A stretch of 62,095 bases of DNA, filler included, from Sphacelaria rigidula (taxonomy: Eukaryota), in the NCBI GenBank assembly GCA_964200075.2. It is 4 parts of 4 records of this genome, joined end to end, with 100 filler letters (N's around TTAATTAATTAA, not from the genome) between each part and the next. Parts side by side here need not be neighbours in the genome. Positions count along the whole stretch, not along the records: positions 46,652 to 62,095 come from CAXNAA020001743.1; 3 more parts are not named here. One strand, given 5' to 3'. This document shows positions 51,342 through 62,095 of this stretch, in pieces; within the stretch, counting starts at the first letter, position 1; every line of letters begins with the position of its first letter. A program made the position numbers and the translations under genes. The notes under the pieces are model-generated. The model searched no databases and was not told the DNA's origin. It saw only the letters and a program-made list of their open reading frames with translations.

Positions 51342-51459
51342 AGGAATGGCCGTACCACGTCTGTAGCACCACATCCCATCCGCCCTGTGAAGACAAGCGG
51401 CTCAGGGTCAGGCTAGTACTATGGTGGGGGACCACGTGGGAAGCCCTGGTGCTGTTCCT
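51342..51459 (+). rRNA. 5S rRNA copy B (full length, diverged, probably a pseudogene)
   Basis: Termini AGGAATGGC and GCTGTTCCT pair as helix I; box C-like GTACTATGGTGGGGGACC; no immediate long T-run. Confidence 0.75.
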
Positions 51460-51989
51460 TCTCGTCCTTTTGCTCATCTGTTTGCTTACTCTTGCTTCTT
51501 GCGGTCGTTCACTCCGCGCCTGTCTTTGGCGAACCACTGTTTTTCGTGAGCATGAACAAAGTCATATCTTCCTTTGTCTTTCGATGAAATTATTGTGAAG
51601 AGGTCACGTTACGCTGTACGTGGCGAATACATCACTTGGAAAACTCGACGTTCACATCTTGGGCAAGAAGGCGGCCAGCAAATACTAACTTTCCCCCGGT
51701 CTCAGCCCCCGAGTCAACGAGGCTGGGTCGAGCCGGCTGAAAGCAGCGACCCCACGAAGGGTACAAGGCTTCACCCGTGCGGAGACTAAGACACTACTAC
51801 TCTCACACATCTCCGTGCCATAGTGGCGCAGAGGCGAGACAGATCCTACTGTTAGATTACTCCGCGCGCACGCCCTAAGGTGAATACAACCCGTGACACA
51901 GTCGATTCCCCCCCCCTGGCAGTGGCCTGCGAGCCGCGGAGGCCGGGTTGGGTCAGCTGACGGCAGTGACTCTCGGAAGGGTAGACCAC

Positions 51990-54500
51990 TGGGACATGCG
52001 GAGACTGAGTGATATCTACTGTCAACATGACCTTTGGCCTGCCGCCTCTACCCCAACCACATTTGCCTCCATGCTTGGGGAGCGTATGTGCACGGTGTCC
52101 GCCTTCTTTTCCGCCTTGACCACATCAAACGCTGCACATGCTTCGACGATGGTCGTCATCATCATTACCAAGCTTAGTTGAGATCGCAAAGTGACGCCAG
52201 CGTCGTTGGCGTACAGCACGGCCCAAAGCACCCTGCTAAGCTCGTCCCCGGTCCTCCCACCCTTAGCAGAGATGCGAATGAAGTCCTTCGCCACCGCTTT
52301 ATCGATCGACAAGCGATCGAACGCCACGGTCAGCCCCCGCCGCAAAATCAATGTTGAACAAACCATAGCCTTGCCGGAGGCCCTGACTAACGTCGAACCA
52401 CTCAGAGGTCTCGCCGCTGTCCAGGCGTACGCACGCACGCATGCCGTCGTGGAACTGGCGGATGGTGAATATCATCTTGGCGGGGACGCCGTACCATGCC
52501 AGCACCTTCCAGAGAAGAGAGCGGCCGACTGAGTCGTACGTCTTGTGGAGGTAGATGAAGCACACGAACAGCGAAAGGTAGATGAAGCACACGCACAACG
52601 TACGTCATGTCGACTATCGACCGGCCGGATCGAAAACCGCACTGAGCTGCTGGTAGGATTCCCTTCCTCTCGCAGTAGGAGGTGAGGCGAATCGTAGCTA
52701 TTTTGATCACCATCTTGCCCGCGTGGGCCCCTAGCGAAATACCGCGGTAGTTGCTGGGTTTGTGGGGGTCCAGTTTTTGTCACAGCACCGTAATGACGGC
52801 GCCCTTCTATCCTTGTGGTCTTACTTGCTGACGCCACACTATGAGCACGATGTTGTGAGAGCACTTCATTATGGCAGAGTCCTGGGTGAGGCCGAGCTTT
52901 GATGATTCGCAGCACTGGTTGTCAGTCCCAACGGCGTTGCCGTTCGCCAGCTTGCCCACTGCTTTCTTCACTTCTTCCATCGAGGACTCGACCGCGAGCG
53001 ACGCGTGCTCCGGCATTTTCCCGATGCAATCGACGACGGCAGGAGTCGAGCGTAGGCGATGTTGGGTTACGAACCATCTCATACCACTCTTTACACCGCT
53101 GCACGATAGCTTGCTTGCCACTCAACCGCTCGCTAGACGCGCTTCTGATATAGGTTGAGCCACCTCCACCCTTCCCTTCCATTCCCAAGGACTCAATGTG
53201 TTGGTACAGTCCTGCCTGGCCCTTCTTACGGGTCAACCCCGCTGCCCTGGAGGTGAACTTGTGTAGGTAGTTCTGCTGCTCAGCGTTCTCCACTCACTTG
53301 AACGCCTTGTCTGTCACCTTCAGCACCTTTCTCGGGCCACGGTTGCGTGATTTGTTGCGTAGGTTCTCCCATACACGCTCCATGATGTTCCACGCTCGTT
53401 GGCGAGGTGCTGGAGCTTGTGGCAACTCACTGAAACCTTTAGATGGATTCTTCGAGCAGCGAGGGAGTGCATCGGCGCCCGTCTTGCGCAGGGTGATGGC
53501 GCAGCAAGGGACCATGACGTTGACGTCCAGTACTGCAGTCGCGTTGGTGGCATTAGGGCGCTTGGCGATAATGGCCCGTGATACGATCGTTCTTCAACGC
53601 CCGTCGGATGTAAGGATTTTCCTGTCAAAATACACCCGCCTCCCGATTTTGGCCGGCGGTTGGGTGCGCTCCGTCCAAGGAGACGGATGGAGGCTGAAAC
53701 CAGCCGATGGTCCGGTTTCATCTCGGGGTTCACGGTGAAGTTTCGAACGAGTGTCCGGTCTTGCTGAGGTACCAGGTATGTACTCCAGGCGGCAGCGGTG
53801 TCCCTCCTTCAGTGTGCGCGGCTGAGCTTTCCCCGCTAGTTGGCAGGCAAAAAACATGTGTGGGCGATCGACTTTTTATGGTCTGCAGCTTACGTCAGCA
53901 GTCGCATGCCATGGTCGTTGACGGTGTCTCTGCTATATTCTCCCAAAACCCGATCGTCTCCCCGGTATCCCCCCCCTCCTCCTCCTCCTCCTCTCTTTTT
54001 GGTGCGAGCGTTAGCATTTATCATGAGTGTGAGGTGCTTGCTGGTGGGTGCTTCATCGGTGGAACTGTCAAGTGTCTTCCGGAACTTGGTGTTGTCAGAT
54101 GTGGCCGCTGTTTCAGTAGGAGCGTACCCCGCGTTGAAAGATGTGGCAACCTCATGTCTAAAACCTCTTCGCACCTTCAGCATCGCACTGATGTGCTCGG
54201 GGACAATGCCTTCTGGGCCTAGCTCGCTGGCGATAGGCTCCTTCATGACAAGGCCGACTCTGACCGTTCCCAGTATTCTCCCGTCTACATTACCGCAACA
54301 GCTGCAGTGGATGACATAACCGACGGTTGGCGTTCGAAAGGTTTTTATCCCATCGAGACGAGTCGCTTGTAGGATATGAACTCACAGTCGTACTTGAAGG
54401 CAAAGAGCAGAAGATTCTCCGCGTGGCCTGCACCGTTGGTTTCTCTCTCAGCCACGGTGCGTAACTTCCAGGTGGCAACCACCAACCCCTTGGATCGTGA
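51990..54500 (-). mobile_element. Degenerate LINE (APE endonuclease plus RT, RTE-like)
   Basis: Endonuclease fragments VATWKLRT, YAPTET, VNDHGMRLL. RT fragments [32 protein letters not shown]...[17 protein letters not shown] (decayed YADD). Split across several frames. Confidence 0.85.
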
Positions 54501-54974
54501 CACCTTCCTCGCGGGAGAGCAAATCATAAGGGCCTTCGATTTGGCTGTTCGTCGAGCTGGAGTTTCTCTCTTTCTATGGAGTTCCTCTCGTTCTGTTTTC
54601 CTGCTCTCTGCAACTCTCTCTCCTTGATGCCTGACCCACCACATGTGGGCTACACTCTGTCCCTGCGCTCTCTCCAGCCTACCCTCGCACCTCCCTTGTT
54701 TTTCCTGCAGGGGGGTCAGTAGGCCTCGCGCACGTTTACCTCTACCGAGTCAACCTTCATGCTTGCACGCACGCCGCCGCCTGCTACTACAGCGACGATC
54801 ACAATGCTTTCCATGTTGGTCATGATTCAGATTACCGGCCCGAACCGACAGGAGCGGGGCGTGTTCTGACATCGCCAACATGTAACAGCGACTGCGTTTC
54901 GGATGGTATCCACCGTATAGGGTGGGTGCGGAAATAATTTTGGGTACAATGTTGCGATCGCATCACTTGGTTAT

Positions 54975-55798
54975 GAACTCAATACCCTACTCAAGTTTCG
55001 GGTAGATTGAGTATGACCTCAAATACTCTACTCAATTTTTGATAAGTGGAGTAAAACAAAAATAGCATGCATGTGAATGAACCTACCTGCCCCAGCTCAT
55101 GTACCCCCTCACCCATGGCAGTACATATTTCATACCTCGCAACCTCTTCGATATCAGTTTCAGTACAAAGCGTCTCTCATCATCACGGGATAATCGAGTA
55201 GATGGGTAGTCGGGTAGGTATTTTCGAAATGAGCGACTCTACCGGCCGCACATCTGACTCCTCTATGGGAAACCCAGCGGTGGAAACAGTGCAAGACGCG
55301 GGAACATCGCAACAGTCGCAAGGGGAAGAAACAGAAAATGGTGCAATGGGGTCAGGAGTGATAGATCCGACCCCCAAAAAGATCGCGGTGGTCCGCGTTG
55401 TAGAGGGGGCTCTCATGTACAAAACCGACGGAAATGTGTACACGATGCCCCAGGAAACGATGGAGGCGATCGAGAGCTACTCTACCCCAGTTTTAGTATC
55501 TTGCGTATGAACTTGAATACTCAAGTTATACCGAAGGTTTCGTTACATTGGGTCCGGCCTCAGATACTTCACCCAAATTTTGGTTAGATTGAGTATGATC
55601 TCAAATACTCGACTCAAGTTTCTGGTAGATTGAAGACGACCTCAAATACTATACTAATGTTTTGGTAAATACTCTTGGTGATAACTTGAGTATAGAGTAT
55701 CACTTGGATATGGCCTCGATACTCAAATTCTGGGTAGATTGAGTATGACTCGTCAAAAATACCAAGTAATTGAGTATAATCGACTCGACCTGCCCTTG
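54975..55798. mobile_element. Longer relative of the 50717 MITE, with subterminal tandem repeats and an internal ORF fragment
   Basis: Right end CTCGACCTGCCCTTG; repeated GTAGATTGAGTATGACCTCAAATACTC units on both sides of ORF 55202-55510. Left TIR not found. Confidence 0.6.
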
Positions 55799-56026
55799 GT
55801 ATCTTGTAACCAAGGTGTGAACGGCTTCAAAGGGGGGGGAGGGGTATTGTTGTTGTCCGCCGTTGATTCGGGATTCTTGCCGCATGATTATTATGGTTTG
55901 CGAAAGCCCGCTGGACCCGCAGCGGACATGAGGGACGAAAATAAGAGACAGCGGTTATCGCCGCATTTAGTTTGCTGCCGACGCTTGTTTCGGAAATACA
56001 CTGAGGGCGAAATGTGTGTCACAATC

Positions 56027-56061
56027 AGGAACGGCCATACCACGTCGATAGCACCACATCC
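56027..56061 (+). pseudogene. 5S rRNA copy C, 5' fragment
   Basis: AGGAACGGCCATACCACGTCGATAGCACCACATCC, then truncated. Confidence 0.75.
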
Positions 56062-56837
56062 TGATCAATTTTGACGTGAGTACCAAAAATTCATGTTTTT
56101 CCTGTGCCTTTCGACGAAGTTCTTGTCAAGATGTCATGCTGCGCGGAAATTTCCGACCAATGGAATCTTCGACTTTCTTCACTTTTTCGGCGAAAAAGCG
56201 GTCAACATGTCCGTGAAGGATGTGCACTGCTGGATCGGTTCGGCAGCTCACCCCTGGTTTTGAGGTCTCCATCAAGCCGTGAGAGGTTGCATGGTAACTG
56301 TAGTACGCAACATGACTTGGAGAGCAGTGCTGGTGTTTTAGCGCACGTTTGCAACACTGCAGTCGGTCTCCGTAGGCCAGAGACGAAGGGAGTGCCTGCA
56401 TAAAGATCGACGCTGACGCGCGTTGCCGCAGCTGTTGAATTTCTGGATGAATTCCCGCAGCAGAAGGTTTTGTATGCGTGCTGGTGGGTGTTGGAAATTG
56501 ACGGTTCTATTTCAGTCCTTGGCCAATGCATACCAAATCAGCCTGTCGTGAATACGTTGGCTAGGAAGTACGGCCTGGGCTATGGGGTTTGGTATCGAGG
56601 CCAGGGTGTCTCGTGAACAAGGTGTGAACGGCTTCGAATGGCGAGTACGAGGGGGGTGTTGCTGTTCGGGGTTGATTCGTGCCACATATTTACAGTGGTG
56701 GTACACGAAATCTCTTTGACCCGCAGCGTATACGAGGGCGAGAACAGGAGACAGGGGTTATCGCTGCATGTATAATAGTTCGCATGTTAGTTTGGTGAAT
56801 ACCCGGGTATAGTAGGGGAGGCATGTGAGTTGTCGTT

Positions 56838-56896
56838 AGGGACCGCCATACCACGTCAACAGCACCGCATCTCGTCCGCTCTGTGAAGTTAAGCGG
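56838..56896 (+). pseudogene. 5S rRNA copy D, 5' half
   Basis: AGGGACCGCCATACCACGTC...GTGAAGTTAAGCGGC, then truncated. Confidence 0.75.
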
Positions 56897-56932
56897 CCCG
56901 GGTTTACTGTGGGATGAAAATGTCCTGCACCC

Positions 56933-57041
56933 AGGAACAGCCATACCACGTCGATAGCACCACATCCCGTCTGCTCTGTGAAGTCAAGCGGCGTCGGGCT
57001 AGGCTAGTACTACGGTGGGGGATCACGTTGGAGGCCTTGGT
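56933..57041 (+). pseudogene. 5S rRNA copy E, 3'-truncated
   Basis: Nearly complete 5S sequence lacking the 3' strand of helix I, followed by about 260 bp of unrelated sequence. Confidence 0.75.
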
Positions 57042-60000
57042 CGTGACTAATGCCGAGGTAGCCCCCCACGAAAAGCTCACCGGAAGACCGCCCGACAAAC
57101 CGGCTGCGATCCCAGTACCGGGCTCGTGTGCAGCAATATCGCCCACATGAGAGGTGTGTAACAGTCCGACATCAGCTGTAACGCCCAAATGAGACGCGCT
57201 GTGCAGCACGACAGCAGCTCTAACGGCATTTATGATGATCGCCTCCGTGCATGTTTTGGGCCGGTTCGGGGGGCGCATATGTCGGCAGCAGTCGCGGTTC
57301 TTTTCATGTAGTTTTTGCTACGGTTTCCCACCGTCTTCCCTCACTTCTCTTGGTCATTTCATGCGGTGTGTGTGTTTGACTAACCACATTTCCGGTGAGC
57401 ACGAACGAATTTATGCCTTCCCGTGTCTTGCGATGAAATTAGCGTGAAGATGTCACGATATGCTGTACGCGGTGATCTCATGCAATTGTAGGTGCCAACC
57501 TTTCCTTCTGGCGATAGAGCGACCCGTATTTTGACGAGAGAGATGCTCTTTCCTGATTCAAAAGGTGACGATCGGAAGTGTTAACATTTCCCCTATATTT
57601 TCATAGCTGAATCACTGCCGTGTTACGTCAACCAGAAGACGTGAAATACACCACACACACCGCCCTGCACCGATGATCGTCAACACCCCCTAGATCAATG
57701 GGCAGGTAGCGAATGTTGTGCCTTGCGAGGTTATGGTTTCGAGCTCTAGATCAAGCCGTGAGACGTTGCGTGGCAAAATCAGTGCCCAAGTTGGAGTCAA
57801 GAGCAGTGCTGTTCAATTACCGTGCGTTTGCAAGACAACAGTCGACCTCCACCGGCGAGGTGCAAAGGGAATCTTTTCGTGAACGTCGGCGCGCGCGCGC
57901 GCTTTGCCGGGGCTTTTGAAATATTGGATGAGTTCCCCGCCGAACAAGCTTTATGTGCGTGAAGCCAAGGAGGGACTACGTCCGGAGCTGTTGCGCATGC
58001 TTTGGAACTCCCGATGTGCATCATTAAGCCACGCAGGCACAGAACAAGTCGCCATGAGGGTGCATCCCGTGTTGTTATTCAATACGCCTTTAGTGTGGTG
58101 GTTATTCGGAACATTTTGTGAATATGTTCCCAGGTAAATTATGACGACCCCCGAAGATACAGGGGTAGGAACTCCAAAAGTGGAGTCATCCGCGAGAATT
58201 GTGGAAGACCTAGTAGAACTTCAGTGCAGTGCAGGATGAATGAGGAGAAAGCACGTCGCCGACGCTCGGGAAATATTGCTTTCCCAGAGCGTTGCCATGT
58301 TTTTGTAGCTCGGCATCATAGCCGCACAGGGTCAAATACCAGGGAAGTATGTGGCGGGGCCGCGGTGTGTGGGCGTGCGTGGGCGTAGAACACGGCACAG
58401 TCCTGGATAAACAGTAAGCATGCACGTGTAGGTAAAATCTCACACGCGGAGACGAATTATTTTCCGAACACGGCGTCAGTGAGCGCAGTGCAGTAGGCAC
58501 TCTGCTGTACATCAGTATCTTGACCGTTTTGAAACTCGCGAAAAACAGTACCAACTCTCATATGCGAGCTTTCGTCACCGGAAAAAACGTCACTTCGAGT
58601 TCGGTGCATGAATCTGTCACATTAGTGTACTTGGACTGGGAGTGTTGCACCATGTTGGTGGGCTATATGATCAACAGTTGCCGAAAAACAGCCATATCTT
58701 GCCCCAAAAAACGTCAACTATACATCTTCATTATTCCAGCAACGGTTCCAAAAGGGTTCATGAGCGTTAGACCGCTTCTCAGGATGACGAGGAAAATATC
58801 CACAAGATGTTTTTCTGTCACTTCCATGCATGTGTGTTTGAAAATGCCATGTTCTGGAGCAACATCATTCAGATTGAGTCGCATGCACTTTGGATCGCGG
58901 CAAGAAAAATCGCCAGGGTTTCTGAAAGGCCATAACGTTTTTTCATGCGAAAGTGCTAATCAAAAGTGCATACCCCCTACATTTTGACAGGGCCGCGTAG
59001 TATCGCAACTCAGTCACCGGAGCCTCCGTCAACGGGGAAAGAAATGTGAGACACACAACGCACCGCCCTGCATCGTTGAAGACATGCCAGAGCGATCAGA
59101 GCGGTGGCGAATGCTATGCACGACTGGGATTTTGTCACTGATCCTCTTGTTTCGAGCTGTCGAAGAGATCCTCTGGCGAGGTTTTGTGTGAAACATAAAC
59201 TCGAATGCAGTGCTGTCGCAACAAATAGTACAGTGTACGGGTGATGAAAAAAAATGAAACGCTGCATTCGGTCTTCGCAGCCTGACGACAGCTGTGCTGT
59301 CTTGTGCTGTCTGTGTCAGTGTTGGCGCCGACGCAGATCGCCATTGCTCCCGAAATACTGGATAGATTCTTAAGGAGGGCAAGCGTTGTGTGCGTACAGC
59401 TAAGGAGGGACTAGGCTCAGAGCTTCTCCATATGCGCTAGAACTCTGTGCGGATAGTTAAGCTGCGCAAGCATGATATGGAACGTACGCTGATTTTGCGT
59501 GTACTTTGTCCCCCCCTCCCAAAAGCAATTATTCCGTGGTGAAATAATACGATATCCCTTACGCTTAACCATGTATTAGATACACGGCAGAAATGCGACA
59601 GGCCTTCATTTCCATCAATAGCTGCTAGAAATAGGCCTTTCCAGCATCCCTCGTGACTCTATGCTATTTTTTTTCACCGCCGGCCCACATTTTCTGTTGT
59701 GCAGCATTTCTTCTTGGCATACATAACTTCACAGCTCGATGAAGAACTTCCCCCTGCGTTTTTAGCGTGCACGGTTGCAAAGTAATTCCTCATCTCTTGG
59801 TGGTACAAGAACACGCCACAGTGGTGTTTTTTTCACCACTATATATTCCCATGGTGGGGGAATACAGTACAAAATATGCATGTGAAGGATGTGAAGCGTC
59901 GTTGTGACGGCGGCGCACGCGCTACATGGTAACAGTAGTATCGTATGACACGTTCGGCGTGATATAACGAACTTTACAGTAACATCACGTTGACTACCCG

Positions 60001-60999
60001 AGCACTCATCCCACCACCGCGTACAAATGGGACGCATATTTATTCATGTATAAAGTATGCAAAGACTGTCACACGGTGCAATCGTACGGTTATGCCGCGC
60101 GTAGCGAACATGTACAGTTACATTCATAACACGTCAATTCGGTGACACACAACCCTCACTGTCGAAGCCTTGACCACCTGCTTGTGGAAGGGAAAATCTG
60201 TTTTCTATGATATTGTTGCATGTCTCATTGATTGTGACCGGGCGAATCCTCCATGTTTCCTTCTGCTTTTCATCGCTTTTTCGCTCTGAGATTCTTCGGT
60301 TTCTGCCGCAGCAGCCGAAAACGAAAGGCTTTGCATTTCAGGCCGAAAATGCAGCGCAAAAAGCCAGCACATCAATCATACAAAATGTCTCATACACCCC
60401 ATGGTTGTGACGTGCTAGCGTTGGAAACATACGCTCGATATACGAACCCACGCGCCAGGCCCTGAAGAAACTCACGATTCATCTGTGAGACATTCAGACG
60501 TGTAGCCAAAATCCACAACCTGCGAGGTGCTTTTTTTCAGTGACGTTGGTGCGACATACAGCCAGCAGCAGCAGCAATTTGCATAGCCGTAAGTTACACT
60601 CGTTTTCCCCGTTACAGTCAGCTCTGGGCTGCTGGCGGTGTTGTAAACAGACACTGTCTCTTCCAGTCCTTGGCCGATGGATGCCGAATCGACCTGTCGT
60701 GAATTCATGAACCAGGAGGCACGACCTGGGCTACGGTGTCTGGTATCGAGGGCAGGGTATTTCGTGACCAAAGTGTGGACGGCTTTGAATGGCGGGTGCG
60801 CGGAGGGTTGTTTCTGGTCGCGGTTGTTCCGTGCTTCTTGCCGCATGTTTCTAGTGGTGGTTCGCGAAATCTCTGTGAAACCGCAGCGTATATGAGGAAC
60901 GACAAGAGGAGACAGTGGTGATCGCGGCATTTGATTTGTTGTCTGTGTTTGTTCGGGAAATACCAGCGTATAGATATGGAGGAATATGCACCTAGTTTT

Positions 61000-61117
61000 A
61001 TGAACGGCCATACCACGTCGATAGCACCACACCTAGCCCGCTATGAAAAGTCAAGCGACGTCGGGCCAGGCTAGTACTACGGTGGGGGACCACGTTGGAA
61101 GCCCTGGCGCTGTTTCC
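61000..61117 (+). rRNA. 5S rRNA copy F (full length, diverged)
   Basis: ATGAACGGCCATACCACG...GCCCTGGCGCTGTTTCC, with a long T-run about 10 nt downstream. Confidence 0.75.
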
Positions 61118-61256
61118 GTTTGTACTTTTTTTTTTGGTTTGTCTCTTCCTGCTTTTGTGGCTTCTCGTGGTCTTGAAGCGCGTGTGTTCGACGGACCACT
61201 CCTGATGTGAGCATGAACAGATTCATGTCTTTCCGTGTCTGGCGATGATGTTTTTG

Positions 61257-61328
61257 CCATGAGGCTTCCGCCATGAGGCTTCCGCCATGAGGCTTCCACC
61301 ATGAGGCTTCCGCCATAAGGCTTTCGCC
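61257..61328 (+). repeat. 14-bp tandem repeat (ATGAGGCTTCCGCC), about 5 copies
   Basis: Read directly from the sequence. Confidence 0.85.
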
Positions 61329-61488
61329 AAGGTGTCCCACTACGCGGCGGTGATTTCCTGCGAACGAAACCCTCGCCTTTTATTTCTTCGGCGAGAAGGC
61401 GGCAAGCATGTTCGTGAGGGACGTGCATTGCTGGGTCGGGTCGGCTCAACCAAGCCGTGACAGATGGCCTGGCAACTGTAGTACACAA

Positions 61489-61900
61489 GTTCAGGAAGCG
61501 AACAGTCTCACTGGTTCAATGGGTAAACGGTTCACACCCTGGACAAAATAATACTCAGTCGAAAAGTGTACTGTGTACAGTATCGCCTATTGCACCTATT
61601 GCGCCTATTACGCCTATTGCACCTATTGCACCTATTGCGCCTATTGTAGCAGACTATATGATTCCATTACGCAGTATATATTTTTACAAAATAATTTATT
61701 GTCCAGGGTGTGAAACTGTTCGCTTCCTGAACAGTAGATACGCTGCGTGGTCCGTCCCGGCATGACACATCAGTGATCTCCGGAGCTCCCTGCCGCTCGC
61801 ATGCCTCACTGTCCACTAACAATCGATCGTCTGGAGACTCGAACTCCCGGCCTCTTGTTCCACAAGCGGACATTTGACCATAGAGTCACCAGTGAGCGCT
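61489..61900 (-). mobile_element. tRNA-headed palindrome element (copy 3) carrying a nested MITE
   Basis: Same head, body and partly deleted palindrome as 40301-40541. Confidence 0.65.
61533..61712. mobile_element. 180-bp hAT-type MITE
   Basis: TIRs CACACCCTGGACAA and TTGTCCAGGGTGTG; 8-bp target duplication AAACGGTT/AAACTGTT (one mismatch); internal 9-bp CCTATTGC(A/G) repeat. A related older copy lies at 5464-5599. Confidence 0.75.
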
Positions 61901-62013
61901 GCGTGCATGAGGGACGAGAATAGGAGATGGTGTTGATAGCCGCACATGACTTGTGGTCGGTGTTTGTTCGGGAAATACGAGCGTATAGATGGGGAGGAAT
62001 ATGCTCTGGTATC

Positions 62014-62095
62014 AGGAACGGCCATACCACGTCGATAGCACCACATCCCGTCCGCTCTGTGAAGTTAAGCGGCGTCGGGCCAGGCTAGTACTACG
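62014..62095 (+). rRNA. 5S rRNA copy G (closest to the local consensus; cut by contig end)
   Basis: AGGAACGGCCATACCACGTCGATAGCACCACATCCCGTCCGCTCTGTGAAGTTAAGCGGCGTCGGGCCAGGCTAGTACTACG. Confidence 0.85.

Noticed and set aside
57492-57520. AG|VPTF as the next Grx3 exon
   Set aside because: The intervening VEAE-type exon is missing and the following residues (PSGDR) do not fit; probably chance.

Overview
Eukaryotic, repeat-rich DNA from a brown alga (Phaeophyceae, probably a large-genome kelp-type species), inferred from brown-algal-type 5S rRNA copies, an ASAFAP-type plastid targeting signal and intron-rich genes. The window is not one locus. It is four contigs (1-15454, 15555-31005, 31106-46551, 46652-62095; 15454/15451/15446/15444 bp, i.e. 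size-sorted) joined by artificial 100-nt N44-TTAATTAATTAA-N44 linkers. I assembled five spliced host genes by hand: a 3'-truncated beta-hydroxyacid dehydrogenase, the last two exons of a GGQ MTRFR/C12orf65-like release factor, an apparently complete signal-peptide-bearing ANTH-like gene head-to-head with a plastid CSP41a gene, and the first two exons of a Grx3/PICOT-like gene. The rest is decayed LINEs, a hAT remnant, many MITEs, tRNA-derived elements, minisatellites and seven divergent same-strand 5S rRNA copies. The best leads are the ANTH-like protein with a possible periplastid targeting signal paired with CSP41a, a tRNA-headed element ending in a ~77-80 bp palindrome, and the unhomogenised 5S array that probably lies inside an intron. 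No CRISPR or prokaryotic system is supported. All family assignments come from motif recognition by eye, not database searches.
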